59,321 bases of DNA from Catajapyx aquilonaris (lineage: Eukaryota), in contig JYFJ02002311.1 of NCBI GenBank assembly GCA_000934665.2, forward strand, positions 1-59,321, in the 5' to 3' direction. This document shows positions 10,011 through 29,073 of this stretch, piece after piece (within the stretch, counting starts at the first letter, position 1; each line of letters opens with the position of its first letter). The notes below the pieces were generated by a model, which was not told the DNA's origin, did no database searches, and saw only the letters and a list, made by a program, of their open reading frames with translations. The translations under genes and the position numbers were made by a program.

Positions 10011-13000
10011 ATGTCACGGGTCAAGCTCAGAAGCACCATGGACATCTGCGCTGACTGCGGATCACCTGGTACGTATACCAACCTTCTGTTCTCTTTGGAC
10101 GCATGGAATTAGTTGTATGGGCAGGTCTTATATTTTTGGGGATTAAAAGCTGAGCGGGATGGAACGTAGAGGGTTACCCCGCCCAGACCTTGACTTGTGC
10201 CAGTCATGCTCGCTCCGACTCATACGTCACGACATGCCGTGGATATGCCCATGACAACAATTACAATTGGGTACCGCAATCGTTGTCATCTCCTTTGCAG
10301 ATCCCGGCTGGGCGTCCATCAACCGAGGGGTGCTGATATGCGACGAGTGCTGTTCAGTCCACCGCAGTCTTGGCAGGCATGTCTCACAGGTCAAGTCGCT
10401 CAAGAAGGGAAGCTGGTCATCGTTGCAACTTGCAGTGAGTGTCGCCTTGTCACGACTCAATGCGGATTAAACTCTGTTTCATTTGGAAGCAATTGATGGC
10501 TACCTGCCACTTGAGGGGATTGCAGTAATTTGGCTATTTTGCAGATGGTTCATGCACTGTCGAGCAGTGGGGCCAACAGCATTTGGGAGCATTCTCTTCT
10601 CGACCCAGCAAATGCCAAGTCTGGACGGAGAAAACCTCAGCCCAAAGATCCTGTTCAGTAAGCATCGACTGTGCTAGCAAACCATTACCTCGTAACTGTC
10701 ATGTCTTAATTTCATTTACAGTCCCATCAAAGCGGATTTCATTCGGGCCAAGCACCAAATGTTGGCGTTTGTGTATCGGCTGGGTCGTGATGAGAAAGGG
10801 GGTGGAGGCGGGGCAGGTGGAGGAGGCGGAGATTCCCTGGAGAGTGGAGACATCAGTCGTCAGCTTCACTCCAGCGTCAGGACCTGCAACCTGGAGACAA
10901 GTTTACGTTTGCTTTCACTTGGAGCAGATCCAAATTATTTTTATGCTGTAAGTGACGTGTTATTATACCGGGAAGGAGTGGGTGACTCACCATTATGAAT
11001 CTCTCAATTTCATTATTGTGACTGTTTTTGCTCAGGAGAAAGGAACATCCACATTGCATGTAGCTGCCAAAGCTGGCCAAGCGTCACAAGTGGAACTGCT
11101 CATTGTTTACGGTGCAGATATCACAGCCACGGACAACGAAGGGAAGACGCCTGCCGATTATGCCAGGTCAGTCAAATTGTCACCTGAACGGTTAGTTTAA
11201 TTCTTGTGTTTCACCTAGAAGGATTCTCGTAACTCATGCTTGCATGTAACTCATGCTTGCACCAGACATTATCATTATAACCACACATTGTTGCAATCTT
11301 CAGCTAGATGCTAGCTACTGTATATTCACTAATTTTTCAATTCATTGCACTGGTGAACACAAGGAGCGCTGGCCACATGGACATATGCGAGAGGCTTCAG
11401 GAATGCCAGTATGAACTGACTGACCGCCTGTCGTTCTACCTTTGCGGTCGGAAGCCAGACCATGCCAACGGGCAGCACTTCCTCATTCCAGAGATGGCTG
11501 ACTCTTTGGACCTGTCTGACTTTGCAAAGGCTGCCAGGAAGAAGCTGCAGGCTGTGAGTGCTACGACTTTCTCTTTATAGATTGAGACAGACTCGTCTCT
11601 TACGAACTGCGGTTGTCATTAATCCTTCTCCTGCAGTTAAGCAATCCACTGTTTGAAGAGCTGGCCATGGACGTCTATGATGAAGTTGATCGCCGGGAGA
11701 CAGATGCAAGTGAGTTGATCATTTTACATCAGGTTGAATTGTCCTGTTGTGACATGGGTTGCATGTTTCATTGAAATTGGCATCAATTGGTGAGGCATCC
11801 ACTGACTTGTATTTCTTTTCCAGTCTGGTTGTCGATGCAGAACCAGAGTGCCCTAGTGGCTGACAGGTGTGCAGTCCCCTTCCTCCCTGTAAACCCTGAA
11901 CTCACCTCCACCCGCAACCAGGGCCGCCAGAAACTGGCCCGATTCAATGCCCGGGAGCTGGCAACACTCATCATTGACATCCTTTCTGATGCTCGTCGAC
12001 GGGCTAATTGCAGCACCAACGGAAGCTTGCAGAGCACCAACAGGTGACTTGCATAAGACATTATTTTACATGTGAATGTGGTTTCTGACACTCTTTAATT
12101 CTGACAGGGAGGTTTCAATAACCTCGGATGAAGAGCCATTGTATGACAGTGTAGCTTCTGATGAAGACTATGTGTCAACTGCCGAGCAGCAGAGCCTGAG
12201 ATCAGAGGAGATTAGCCCCGAGGAGGAGAAGAAAGGGCTGTGTTCTTCTGAGATGAAAATCGACGCCAAAGAGGAGGCTGAGAGAAGGGAACGGTATGAG
12301 TCTTTGAGGCACCAACTGGCTTTCTCAGAAGCACAGGTCCAGAGTTTGATCCAGAGCAACTCGGACATGAAGCAGGAAATTGCACTTCTTCAGAGAATGG
12401 TCAGTATTACCATCCTGCATCTATTTTTTAACATTGCAATTTACTCATAACTACGTAACACTGCCGCTAATTTATGCTTAAGAAAATGTGCAAATTAAAA
12501 CTGCTTATGGTTGAAGAATAACTACATACAAGTTGCACTTACGTATTTTCCATGTTGAAATGACTAATTAATCTTCTTGTGCTATCTCTTCTTATTTGCA
12601 ATGCTTACTTGTGGGTTGCCAATGAAAAAGGTCGTGCACCTGAAGCAGGAAAGGTCAGCGCTGAGCCTGGCTTTTCTAGGACACGGCAGACATGTCAGTT
12701 CTGATTCTTCTGGATGTTGCATGTTCTACGTATAAATTGTTTTTATTCTTCTCGTGAAATGTTGTTGTTTATAATTGTTGACTATTATTATTGTTGTGTA
12801 ATTATAGTTGACTCGACTTTTTTCCAATCATCCAACTGAGGATTACTGAAAGGTTACAGTCACAGAGTGTAACCAGAGACCAGAAATAGAAAGGCTGAAT
12901 ATTAATATTCTGATTGGAATTTAGGTCCACCAACTGATGCAAGAGAATGCTGATTTAAGGGGCAGCCTTCAGCATGCTGGGTTGGTTGGGACTCCAGGGT

Positions 13001-13813
13001 CAACTGCCCCTCCGTCGCTTCTGAATGGCCATGAGTCAGGACTGATTGAGCCCCTGAGAGCCACCAGCTCCCCAAGGTCGTCATCAGCATCCGGCACCTC
13101 GTCTGTCCCTGCCCAGACCCATCAGCATGCCCGGCCTGCATCCATGTATGAGACCAGGGAGGGGCCGAGAGGGTCAAACTGGAAGGCAGGAGGCAAGTGG
13201 ACTGATCAACAGGTAAATATGATGTGTGTTTTTATTAAATTGGTCAGTTAACTGTCCGTCTCTTCCCACAAGCTGTCCCCATCAAGCCCACTGGGTGACT
13301 TGATGCTCCCAGACAAAAAGGTGGTGTTTGGAAAAACAGAGAAGATCACCCGCTGCATCCAGAGCCTCCTCATTGCGGCACAGGAAGGAAGGCACTGTGA
13401 TTTTATGCCGTGTGTGGACAACATAAGAGCTGCCGTAAATGACATGGTTGCTATCTTCCCACAGGTCAGTCTGAAAAGCAGATATGATCTCTAACTTTCT
13501 AAGGACCAGTTTTACTATTATCGATTTAACAACTCTGAGCTTGATTGTGAGATTGTGACCTGCTGTGTGCCCCAAATTGCTGAGAGTATTTTCATCCCAA
13601 CAGGCTCCTCGTGATGAGCGTGTCCGCAGCTTTCTTCGGCAGCTTCTGAGCAGTGCAGTTCGGCTGCAGGTGGAGTGCAGCACCCTTCTGAGCCCTACCC
13701 AACCGCAACAGCAGCAGCACCGACCGGACTACCCTTTCATTGCTCAGCAGCTAATTCAGTGTGCGTACGATATTGCAAAGGCAGCCAAGCAGATTGTGGG
13801 ACTTTACCAGTGA
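10011..13813 (+). CDS. Git: ARF GTPase-activating protein GIT1/2 orthologue (ArfGAP, ANK, Spa2-homology, coiled coil, paxillin-binding domain)
   Basis: MSRVKLRSTMDICADCGSP|DPGWASINRGVLICDECCSVHRSLGRHVSQVKSL (ArfGAP zinc finger); QLHSSVRTCNLETSLRLLSLGADPNY; YELTDRLSFYLCGRKPDH; LFEELAMDVYDEVDRRE; RNQGRQKLARFNARELATLIIDILSDARRR; EPLYDSVASDEDY; QCAYDIAKAAKQIV near the stop. Confidence 0.97.
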
Positions 13814-15231
13814 CACTCTCTATATGTCTTGTAAATATGATCAGTGAGAAGGAGGTTAAATATTGCAACAGTCCCTGGTTGAAATTAGCTTCTGGTAAAA
13901 TGCAGGGCATCTAATAATACGTGTCCAGTGGTTTTGGTTGGAGACAAGACACTATTTTGCAGATTTTTTAAATTTCCGAAGGTCACAACAATGTTTGTTG
14001 AAAAGTGACTGAAGTCAATTTCCGTCTCTGGGGGACACTTTACTGAAGTGTTCTCATGCCATTCTGCCTGTAGTTACCACCCAACAAATAAAAAGACATA
14101 TCCTTCTTCTGATACGAAAGCACTGGACGTGTACTATGGTTATGCCTTGTAACTTGCTCACACTACAGTCAGTTTTTTTTTGTTGTTTTTTTTTTGTAAA
14201 AAGTAATGTCCCATAAAGTATTACATGCCATTCCAACCCAGCTCCTGTAAGAATTCAGATTTAATTATTACAATCATAATTGTTGATGGGCCTAGGTCTG
14301 CTTAGCTCACTGTTGCAACTACTCATTTTGTAATCACACTATTTGGAGATACCAAGTGCCAATAACACGGTGCAGGGACGTGAAATTCTTGCACTGTTCG
14401 AAATATTGTTGATTAATTCACTCCAGGTGCTAATGCGAGATTTATCAAAACACTAAAAAAGACGACTTTAATCCTATGCTTCCATTTGTTGTTACATATC
14501 ACACACTGTTGCGTAAAATACACCACCAGCAGAGAGACTCTGCTTCTATTGTTGGCACATGTGTAAAACTCCACGTCACCTGCAGTCAAAGTCGTGCCTT
14601 TAGCTATCATATTGTTACGTGCCTAGGGATTCCCAACAATTATTATCATATGCAAGAAAGTATATTATATGGACAAGTATATGTGTGACGTGCCAAAATA
14701 ATTTCCTTTTTAAGAGAAGGATTAGGGATATTGGAACTTTGAGGCCTATTTTAAGTGGTTGCATTATCAGGAGATGCCATTTATTATATGCAGGTAGACT
14801 GGAAAAATGTCAAGTTTTTATTTCGTTTGTACATAACCCCCGTATTATTATTAACACTCTGTTTATATACAATTGTTACCCCCCCAGTTCATTCCCAATA
14901 GATAGAACAACTGCCAAGAGCTGTGCCTTCATTGGCTGTTAAAACAACTATGTTCAGTTACAATAAAACCATGCTCATAGTTCTGAAAAAACTGGAAAGT
15001 GGTTAACGTACTCATTTATCCGAAAGCGATGTGAATATGTCGACTAAGGGCCAGTGGTATCAAATCAAGTTAGGGAGACAATCTCTGATTACATACCGGT
15101 ATTGAAAATAAACGTACGGAAGCTGATTGTCCCTCACTTGCATTGGCTTGCATTGGCGCTAAATGCAGAATTAGTGGCCATGGTTGTTGACTCGTTTTGT
15201 GTGGTGCAAGCCAGTGCTTTCTCACTAATAA

Positions 15232-16704
15232 CTAATAAAGGCCACAAGGTGACTCGGAAGGCCTCATCTTCATTGTTGTCCTCTTGAGCGAGTAGTGGCC
15301 TCCTCTGAAGTGAAACCATGTCATACCCTGCATCCATGCCTGAGTTTCTCCTCCCAAATTGGGACCATTTAGATTGGCCTGCAATGAAATGGTTTAGAGT
15401 AGTGAAATCAAAGAGCAACATTGGTTCATGCTAAATGCTTACTGACATCAAGACAGTCAGTAAACCACCATCCACTCTTGAACACCATGGCACAGTTGCC
15501 ATCTTGATGGACGTCATTGTCATTGTCCATTGTGCTGAACATCATTCCCGAATGTCTTCGCAAAGAATCTCCTGAAATTTGCGACAACGATTAAACAGAC
15601 ATTTGACACTAACGCACCTTTTTGTACTTTTTGCATTCTAGCCCACTTAGAGTTGGCTGTTAGTTCCATGAGAAAAATGGTCATGTATCATCAAAACTTT
15701 AGGGCCATCATCACATGCTGTAAAGTACCTGCATTCCCACTGTACTCGGACACATGTAACCGGTAGTTGTCATCTTCCCCAGCTACTCTGAAGTAGCCGT
15801 AGTGTGCAGTGCGAGTTTGGTTCTCGTAGTCTTCAAGCTCAATCCTTAGTGTCATTGGCTTGGACCAGTCTGACAACAGGTGTATTGCATCCAGGCCTGT
15901 AAAAAAGCTGAACAGTTCACAGCAGATAAAAGTAAAATGACTTTAGTACCAAGCCAGAAGTCTTCCTCATGCCGGAAACCTGTCTCATACTGTGTCCAGC
16001 CTTGAAAGAAATCTTCCTGGCCAGAGTTCTCTGTGCGATGCTGAAAAATGGTCCATCCTCCTCCATCAGTGTCCATGTCGCATTCAGTCTGTCGGAAAAA
16101 AAAATGAGCATGTGCAAATTAATACTCTCACGTACAAACAGTGGTCTTACTCTTGTGGTCATGTTGACCAGATTGAGGTGGTGCATTCCACTCTTGTACC
16201 CCATGCACTGAAGGGTGGCACAGTTTCGATTGTAATTCTCAAGTGATTTATGCTGCAAAATTTTCTTCACGGCAGCAAAATCCTGTGTGACATCCGCACA
16301 TGAGTTGCCAACTTGTTCCTGCATCCTCATAATCTGGTTTGCAATTATATCCAGCTTTTCACCTGCATCAATGTTAAATTATATTCCAGCATGATTTAAT
16401 AAGTGCAGCAACCTACCCTGTGGAATATAAATATCGCTGTGAATTATGAATTCAATGCTAAGGCAATAGAAGTTGTACCATATTTTGTTGGTTCATTGAA
16501 GAATTTCTTAGCATGTCAAGAATGCGGTGTTGCATCTCCCAAATCTCACCTACTCGTACCTAAAAAATATGCACTCTTGGCACTATACATTAGATGTGTT
16601 CTATGCAGTGTATCATGTCTTACCCTTTGTGTAATATCAGGATGGTGAGGATATCCATTAGTAAGAGCTATTATTGCACAAAAAACCAGATATTTCATAC
16701 CCAT
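15232..16704 (-). CDS. Secreted fibrinogen-related protein (FReD; tachylectin-5/ficolin/angiopoietin-like)
   Basis: Signal peptide [15 protein letters not shown]. FReD motifs across exons: [98 protein letters not shown]. Stop TAG at 15232-15234. Confidence 0.92.
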
Positions 16705-17370
16705 CTTCTCCTTGCTGGTTATGATGTCGCTATGGTGCATGACGCAGTTGTTAAAAGATGAGGATGTGACCTTTATTGACCATATCAGTTTATCTGGCCA
16801 GAAAGGATGAGCAGCACTAGATGCAGCAGCTCATTAATTAACATTTCCTGTGGATGTCTCATTTTTCAGAACCTGATTGCACAATTTGAATGTACTGTAC
16901 TTTTCATTTGCACAGCAGCACTTAAAGCCATGTTGAAATTAACCAGACTTTAACCATTGCAGGAACCTTGTCTATACCACACGGTAGGCTCCTTTCCATC
17001 TCTCCACAGTGCATGCAGAGAGCAGGTCATGACTCACTCTATGACGTTGAACTCCTTCAAGGTTAAGCAACCTAATGAGCACCAATTATTCAAATGGGAT
17101 CCACTCTGACAGACTCAATAGTTGGAGATGACTGTGATCTCAGCTCTCGGGTAAGTCCATTAAGTCTATTATTTTGCATTCTTTATATTATGGTGTGATA
17201 TGTGGGATAACTCTTTCTTTATATTCTATCAAGTCACCTTGAGGTTACATGCATTTATCTTTCAGTGTTGCAATACATTTACAAAAAATACTTTACATAC
17301 TTTGGCATGCAAAGAGGTGGAGTATTCTCATGTGAATGACCTCCATGACTCAGGCAATCAAGCAGTTTGA

Positions 17371-19492
17371 ATGGAGATCATCAAGATGCTCGGATGGCTC
17401 TGGCTTCTGGCTGGACTTATTGTGATTGCAATTTATTATTGTTTTAAAAACAAGTCCAACAGAGCTAATCTTCCTCCAGGTAAGTACCTGATTGTTGTTG
17501 ATTATTGAGCACAATATGTAACAACGATCATTTCAGGTCCAATGGGTCTACCGCTCTTAGGCTACATCCCGTTTTTGGGCAGAAATCCTTTCCACACTTT
17601 GGGTCAGCTCTCCAAAAAATATGGAGCCATATTCAGCCTCTACTTAGGAACAAACAGGTGCAGTAAATGTGTCAAAAATTATCTCCTTGTCTTAATTGCA
17701 CAAAACTGGTTTCAGAACAGTGTTTCTAAACAGCGCAGACTCAATCCGAGAAGCATGCAAGCTGAAGGGCCTGTGCGGTCGCCCTAAGAGTGACATAAGC
17801 ATACTGTGGAGTGGATGCGGAACTGACCAGTGCCACGGTCAGTTTTCACAAAATGAATTGTGCACCTGAAACTTCCAGTTTAATTTGCACTGCAGGTATT
17901 CTCACCAATGACGGTGAGGAATGGTTGGAGCAACGTCGTTTCGCAGCAAAGCACCTGAAGGACCTGGGCATCCACGGGTCAGTCATGGAGAACCTGATAT
18001 ACGACGAGGTTCAGGACTTTGTGGACCGCCACAGGTTGGTTGTAATAGTCCCGAACAACGACTAGTGTGAACCATATGTCTTTCTGTAGACCAAAGGTTA
18101 ATCAAGCGGTGGATCTGAGCTCCCAGTTTCAACTGGCAGTCATTAACTCTCTGTGGGTTTTAATTGCTGGTCGTCGGTTCAGACACGATGATCCTGACTT
18201 CCTTCATGTGGTCCACTGTGTCAAAAAGTAAGCCTACAAATCATGGGCAATTGTAAAAATAAACTCAATAACATATATTATTTTACAGAACCACAGAAGC
18301 CAATTCGACAGGAGTTGCATTCATTTTCCCCTCATTAGCCAAAATGTTCCCTAAACTTACTGGATGGGCTCAGCTTGAAAATAATATTGGTTTGCTACAT
18401 TCTTTTGTACAGGTCAGTTTGTGCGCTTGTGAATCATAAGATGCTGTGGTCTGGACCTTTACTTTCCTTTCCAGCGAGAGGTGGAAGCGCACAGGAGCAG
18501 TAAGAACGCACTTTCCAACAATCTGATCAGTTTATATTTAAATAAGATACACACCTGTTCTGATTCAAGTTCAAGTTTTTATGGGGGAAAAGGAGGTGAG
18601 GTCAGCTTTTGTAGTCAACTATGAAAAGCCAGTCACTTTCGGTTGTTATTGCAGAAAAGTCTTTGCGGGCGACAATAGTGGACTTGTTTGGTGCAGGGGT
18701 GGACACAACAAGCAATGCATTAAGTTGGGCATGTCTGTACCTATCTTCATGTCCAAGAGTTCAGGAAAAGGCAAGGGAAGAGGTGGATAGGGTCATAGGT
18801 CATCGTCAGGCAATAGTTGCAGACAGGAGCAGGTCAGTTATTTAAACCTATCCAATACCAATACTGTACAGTACAGCATGGTATATTTTACTTTTATGAT
18901 ATAGAATGCCATACATGGAAGCTGTCATTCACGAAGTTCTCAGGCTGTGTTGTGTGGTTCCTCTTTTAATACCGCATCGAGCTACCAAAGACACAGGTAC
19001 TGTACTGTACGACAACATACCTTATTGTGAGATGATACACTACTGTTATGGCCATGAACAACAGTTACTTAGCTTACAGAACTGGGTGGATTTACATTGC
19101 CTGAAGGAACATGGATCATGTTTAACGCATATCATGTGATGAGAGACCACAACAATTGGGACCAACCGGACAAGTTCATTCCAGAGAGGTTCATCTCAAA
19201 GGACGGATCCTTCAACAACAATGACTCTTTCTTGGCTTTTGGAGCAGGTTTGCTAGATATTGTAAACAGACAAAATTCTCACGTTGTTTATGAAATTATT
19301 GTTGCAGGGAAGCGCAACTGCCTGGGAGAAAATCTGGGCCGGATCCAAATGTTCCTGTTCCTGGTGGTCATTTTGCAAAACTTTGTGATTGAAGTTCCTC
19401 CAGGCAAAAGCCCTTCTATGGAATTTGCATTTCCAGGAGTTGTCCTTCATCCTCCATCTTATTACCTTATCCTTCGATCCAGACGACCATGA
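17371..19492 (+). CDS. Cytochrome P450, CYP2 clan (microsomal), about 11 exons
   Basis: N-terminal TM helix, PPG|PMGLPLLG hinge, WLEQRRF (C-helix), DLFGAGVDTT (I-helix), EVLR, PERF, and heme motif FGAG|KRNCLGE. A probable 5'UTR exon ends at ~17150. Confidence 0.93.
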
Positions 19493-19719
19493 GAGTACCC
19501 CTTATAATGTGCACTGTTATTACCACGTTTTTTTTGCGAACTTGAATAAAACACTCGATGATATAATTATTATGAAAAATCTTCACATATACTGTGTCTC
19601 ACCAAAGAAAGAGTGAAATGTATTTCAATAGGCTTCAGACATTTTATTTGATTAGCATCACATTTTAATTGTCGAAACGAAATAGTGTATTATATTTGAA
19701 ACTGGATCAAAGATAATTA

Positions 19720-20004
19720 ATAAATTATTCATACCCCGTTATCAGCCTATCGGCTCTTTAGGGGGGAAGTTTTGTTTTGCCTGGAACTCTTTCTTTGCAT
19801 TTTTACTTCGCTTTTGGGGATAGGATAGGGACGGAAGGAAGCGGCTGTGGCCTATTAGTTTAGGAAACAACTCCGGAATTCTCCTGGAGGAACCGTGGGA
19901 AACCACAGAAAACCATGGTTAGAGTTGCCGGCACCGGGATTCGAACCCGGGACCTCCCGATTAGCAGTCGGACGCCTTATCCCCTCCACCACCACTGCTT
20001 CGGT
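19720..20004 (-). mobile_element. tRNA-derived SINE (SINE2) with 15-bp TSD
   Basis: Minus-strand head ACCGAAGCAGTGGTGGTGGAGGGGATAAGGCGTCCGACTGCTAATCGGGAGGTCCCGGGTTCGAATCCCGG with box A and box B. Body GGTTTTCTGTGGTTTCCC...CCAGG...GGCCACAGCCGCTTCCT resembles hexapod SINE bodies. TSD GATCAAAGATAATTA at 19705-19719 and 20005-20019. Confidence 0.9.
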
Positions 20005-20023
20005 GATCAAAGATAATTACATT

Positions 20024-20418
20024 TACATGTATACAGGCAGTTTCTATCTTACAAGCGTAAGTTCATCCGGATCTTTTGCATTGTACTTACAATTGAACAA
20101 TGCTCCAAAACATTGACCGTGTTCTTATTAGTCATAGTGCCATCCAACTTCCATTGCTTCCGGATGCCTGTTTTTGAAAATAAAAAGAGTTGCATATTAT
20201 TGGCAACAAACGTAATGTACATGTATTAGCAATAAGGATCATTTATCTCCTTGAGCGTGGCACCACACCTCTGAGAGTAGCATCTAAATGTAGCTTTTGA
20301 TTGCAGACTGGCTAATTAGCGAAATGGTAAGATGACAAGGTCAGGCTCATCATTCTTAAACGTTTGAATTAAACGGTCTAACATAAGCGAAACCTACACC
20401 TGCTGTATAAATGTCTCA
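20024..20418 (-). pseudogene. Carboxylesterase gene relic (one partial exon, intron and exon edge, fused to 3'-flank sequence)
   Basis: 20055-20410 aligns by eye with 22262-22590 and ~22720-22740 of the neighbouring esterase, intron included. The exon part is frameshifted. 20024-20050 (ACATGTA..GGCAGTTTCTATCTT) matches 21089-21113, downstream of that gene. Confidence 0.8.
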
Positions 20419-20539
20419 ATGATGGTCTATTTTGAAAATATGAGCATGGAGAAATGGGAACATAAGGGAAATCCATGGACAACCTATTCCACATGGAAAT
20501 GCAAAGAATTGAGCTCAGGTTCACTTTGTTGTGACTACT

Positions 20540-20655
20540 TTAGTGGGGGCTCAAAACCGACGCCAGGGGGTGCATGGTCTGGAAATTGGGCCACTCCGGG
20601 ATCTTTAACGTGCACTCGCGCAATGCCACCACTCAGGGGCCCACAATTTATGAAA
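20540..20655 (-). mobile_element. Probable SINE central-domain remnant (Nin/Deu-domain-like)
   Basis: The minus strand reads GTGCACGTTAAAGATCCCGGAGTGGCCCAATTTCC...GGCGTC, resembling the recalled conserved Nin/Deu SINE core. No tRNA head or TSD seen. Confidence 0.4.
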
Positions 20656-21422
20656 TAATAAACCTACGTGGTGAGCCATTATAATATAAAACTAACTTCC
20701 TCTAAGCGGCACCAGCAGAACAATAAAAACTGTAGCAAAAAACTGGATGTTACAAGGATGAATACCTCTGGCTATTTTTAAGTGTATTAGTGAAGGTTGT
20801 GCATGTGGACACGCACATTCATTTTTCCGAAATCCTACCACATGCTTTGTCAAGCAGGTTATGCCATACTACAAAATATGGCCACATATTAGCTCAATAA
20901 TAATTACTACCTATAATATATATGAGAGACCCCATATCAACACATCACCTTGAACCTGAGCGATTCGAATATAAAACTGCTAATGTATTTTAAGAAGCCT
21001 TAGCCATTTTATTTCATTAGCATCACTGACATTAATATTGCTGAAAAGAAAATGTACAGTGGAAAATACGATCAAACTAATTCAATGGACATGTACCGGC
21101 AGTTTCTATCTTTAAAGCATGCTTTTAACTTCTTCTGGCTAGTTGAGTCCTTGTACTTTCTCAATGGTCAATGACTATTAGTTACCATTCATCTACTGTA
21201 GATTTGATTATAATCATATCTTACTGTGCAAAGCGTAGGACACACAATGGTTGAGTGTGACCCAGTCATGTGGCAGTGATTTTGATTATTTCTCATCTAA
21301 AAATACAGACTGTCATTACCTAACTATTGTCTATAATATACACTGGTGTTGTTTTTTTATGCAAGAAAATTATTACACAATACTGTAATTATGTAAGGGC
21401 GACGTCACTGGGCTGGTAAGTA

Positions 21423-24723
<3,301 letters not shown>

Positions 24724-25027
24724 ATTGTTGGAGTCACTGCACTGATGCGACTCCTCTCACCAGTGCATCAGACTGCACTGCGCTCGTAAATTCCGCCAAC
24801 CTAAGAATAATGATGGAGTACTACTTTCTAACCTTGACTGATATATTGATGCAGTCAACCACGTAATTCATGTCTGTACGAATTGCCAGGAGTGGACACC
24901 TGTCCTATACCTCGAAAGAGCAAGGCCAACTTGTAACTGACACTGACGCAAACAAAATTACCGTCACAATGCATCGTAATTAAATATTAATAAGCAGCAT
25001 CACATTATGTCACACATATTGCACTAA

Positions 25028-25061
25028 ATAATAATCATAATAATAATAATGGTGGTGGTGG

Positions 25062-25108
<47 letters not shown>
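25028..25108. repeat. Compound microsatellite (ATA)n-(GGT)n-(GAT)n
   Basis: Directly visible trinucleotide runs between the two esterase genes. Confidence 0.95.
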
Positions 25109-25110
<2 letters not shown>

Positions 25111-25571
25111 GCTGGTAGAGCTACTCGTAAATTAGAAGCTAAGCTAATTAATCATTCAAGAGCAGGAAGGCCTCCCAGGTAGCGCGTAGTAAATGCCAAT
25201 ATTTTGTTTACGCAATAATAAGGGCGGCAGCTTTCAAGTTCGCAGCCTCAAGGCGTGGGTGTGATTCGTCGTTGTTATATCACCATTGACTCATGTAGAG
25301 ACATTTCGGCCGCTGCAAAATGTGGCTGGCACTTCCTCATGCGGTCGGCACTTCCTCATGCGATGCGGCCATTCAAGTTGGTCGTCTATTGGCGAACTGC
25401 AGAGTAGCTATTATTCACAATCAGAATAACGTGATTGCATGAGTCATGAACCAGTTATTTTATTAGCACTTGTTGGGATTCGGTAATAAAATTTTGAATT
25501 GCTGCGACAGAAGCTTCCATTTAACACTCTGGTTATAACAGCTGACAATAGGTACATAGCACCGTTTGGAT

Positions 25572-27978
<2,407 letters not shown>

Positions 27979-28569
27979 GGCACTATCTGGCACTGTCTAC
28001 TACACAACTGAACAAACTCCAGTATGTTACGCAGTGAAAAAAAAGTGTCTGTCCAATTATAAGAGCGGCACTTGCTCGGCCAAGAAATTCCTGTAATAGA
28101 GCACGCCATGACCTTGCCATATTTTTTTTGTTTCACTTTTTTTATTGTTGTTGGTTAGGATGGTTAGGACGAAGAAGGAAATTGGGGTGGTTCGTGTGCC
28201 CTCACACATTGTTAGGGTCGAGACACACTCGTTATGTCATCAGGATTAATGAGCAGTTAATGAGCCAGTTCTTGGCCGTAGACTCAGCGTAGACTATTAG
28301 TAGAAATGCGGAAGGACCGGCGTGAATGCAAAGACAGTGTCAAGTGATTATGTAAGAAGTGTGGAGGAGAGTTGACCTAATGTATATGGGCAATTCCCAA
28401 TCAATTGTTGAGTCAACAATATATTCATTCATTTCATCACAGCATCATTCTACAATGGGGGTGTTAACACTTAGCTATCACACATGTATTTATATTTTTA
28501 TTAATTTTTCATATTTGTTTACTTTGCAAATTAATAGTTTACATAATTATTTGTATATCTAGCTATCCC

Positions 28570-28700
28570 TCAATCAATCAATCAATTAATTTGTTTGTTT
28601 CATTCTTCATTCATTCACTCATTCACTATTCCTTTGTTTATTTATTTCTTTATTCATTCATTCACTCATTCATTCATTCATTCACCCATTCATTTATTTG
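28570..28700. repeat. Degenerate (CAAT)n/(CATT)n tetranucleotide tract
   Basis: Repeated TCAA/TTCA/TTTA units are directly visible. Confidence 0.8.
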
Positions 28701-29073
28701 TCATCTCTATTTGTAATGCTTCATTTTTATTGTAATTTTATACTTCGGGTGAAAATTTAGGTACTAATATACTAATTAATTTTTAGTTGGTTTTAGCTCT
28801 CTCATGCTGAATTTCAACAAAGTTTGCAGAGCTACTTTGAGGTGATTGACGCACTTAAATTGCCTTTCCTCCCCGGGGCCGCGGGTCTGCTGAGCAGACC
28901 GACCTTGAAGCGGGAACAGCCGCCCGAACGCGCCCTGCAAGGTCGATCCAAGATGGCTTCCATGGGACAGTGAACCCTCTCTCTCGTCTCCTCCGTCTCC
29001 TTTCCCTCCTTCCCCTTGGTCGGACACTACCTCGTCGCCTCGTCGGCCACACCAGCACCCCCGGAGGTGCCCG

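Noticed and set aside
11229..11260. 17-bp tandem duplication in a GIT intron (and a 16-bp one at ~25328-25362)
   Set aside because: Only two units, consistent with ordinary slippage. Not CRISPR-like.
19930..20004. tRNA-Ser(GCT)-like gene on the minus strand
   Set aside because: It has no long variable arm or proper acceptor stem and continues into a SINE body bounded by a 15-bp TSD, so it is a SINE head.
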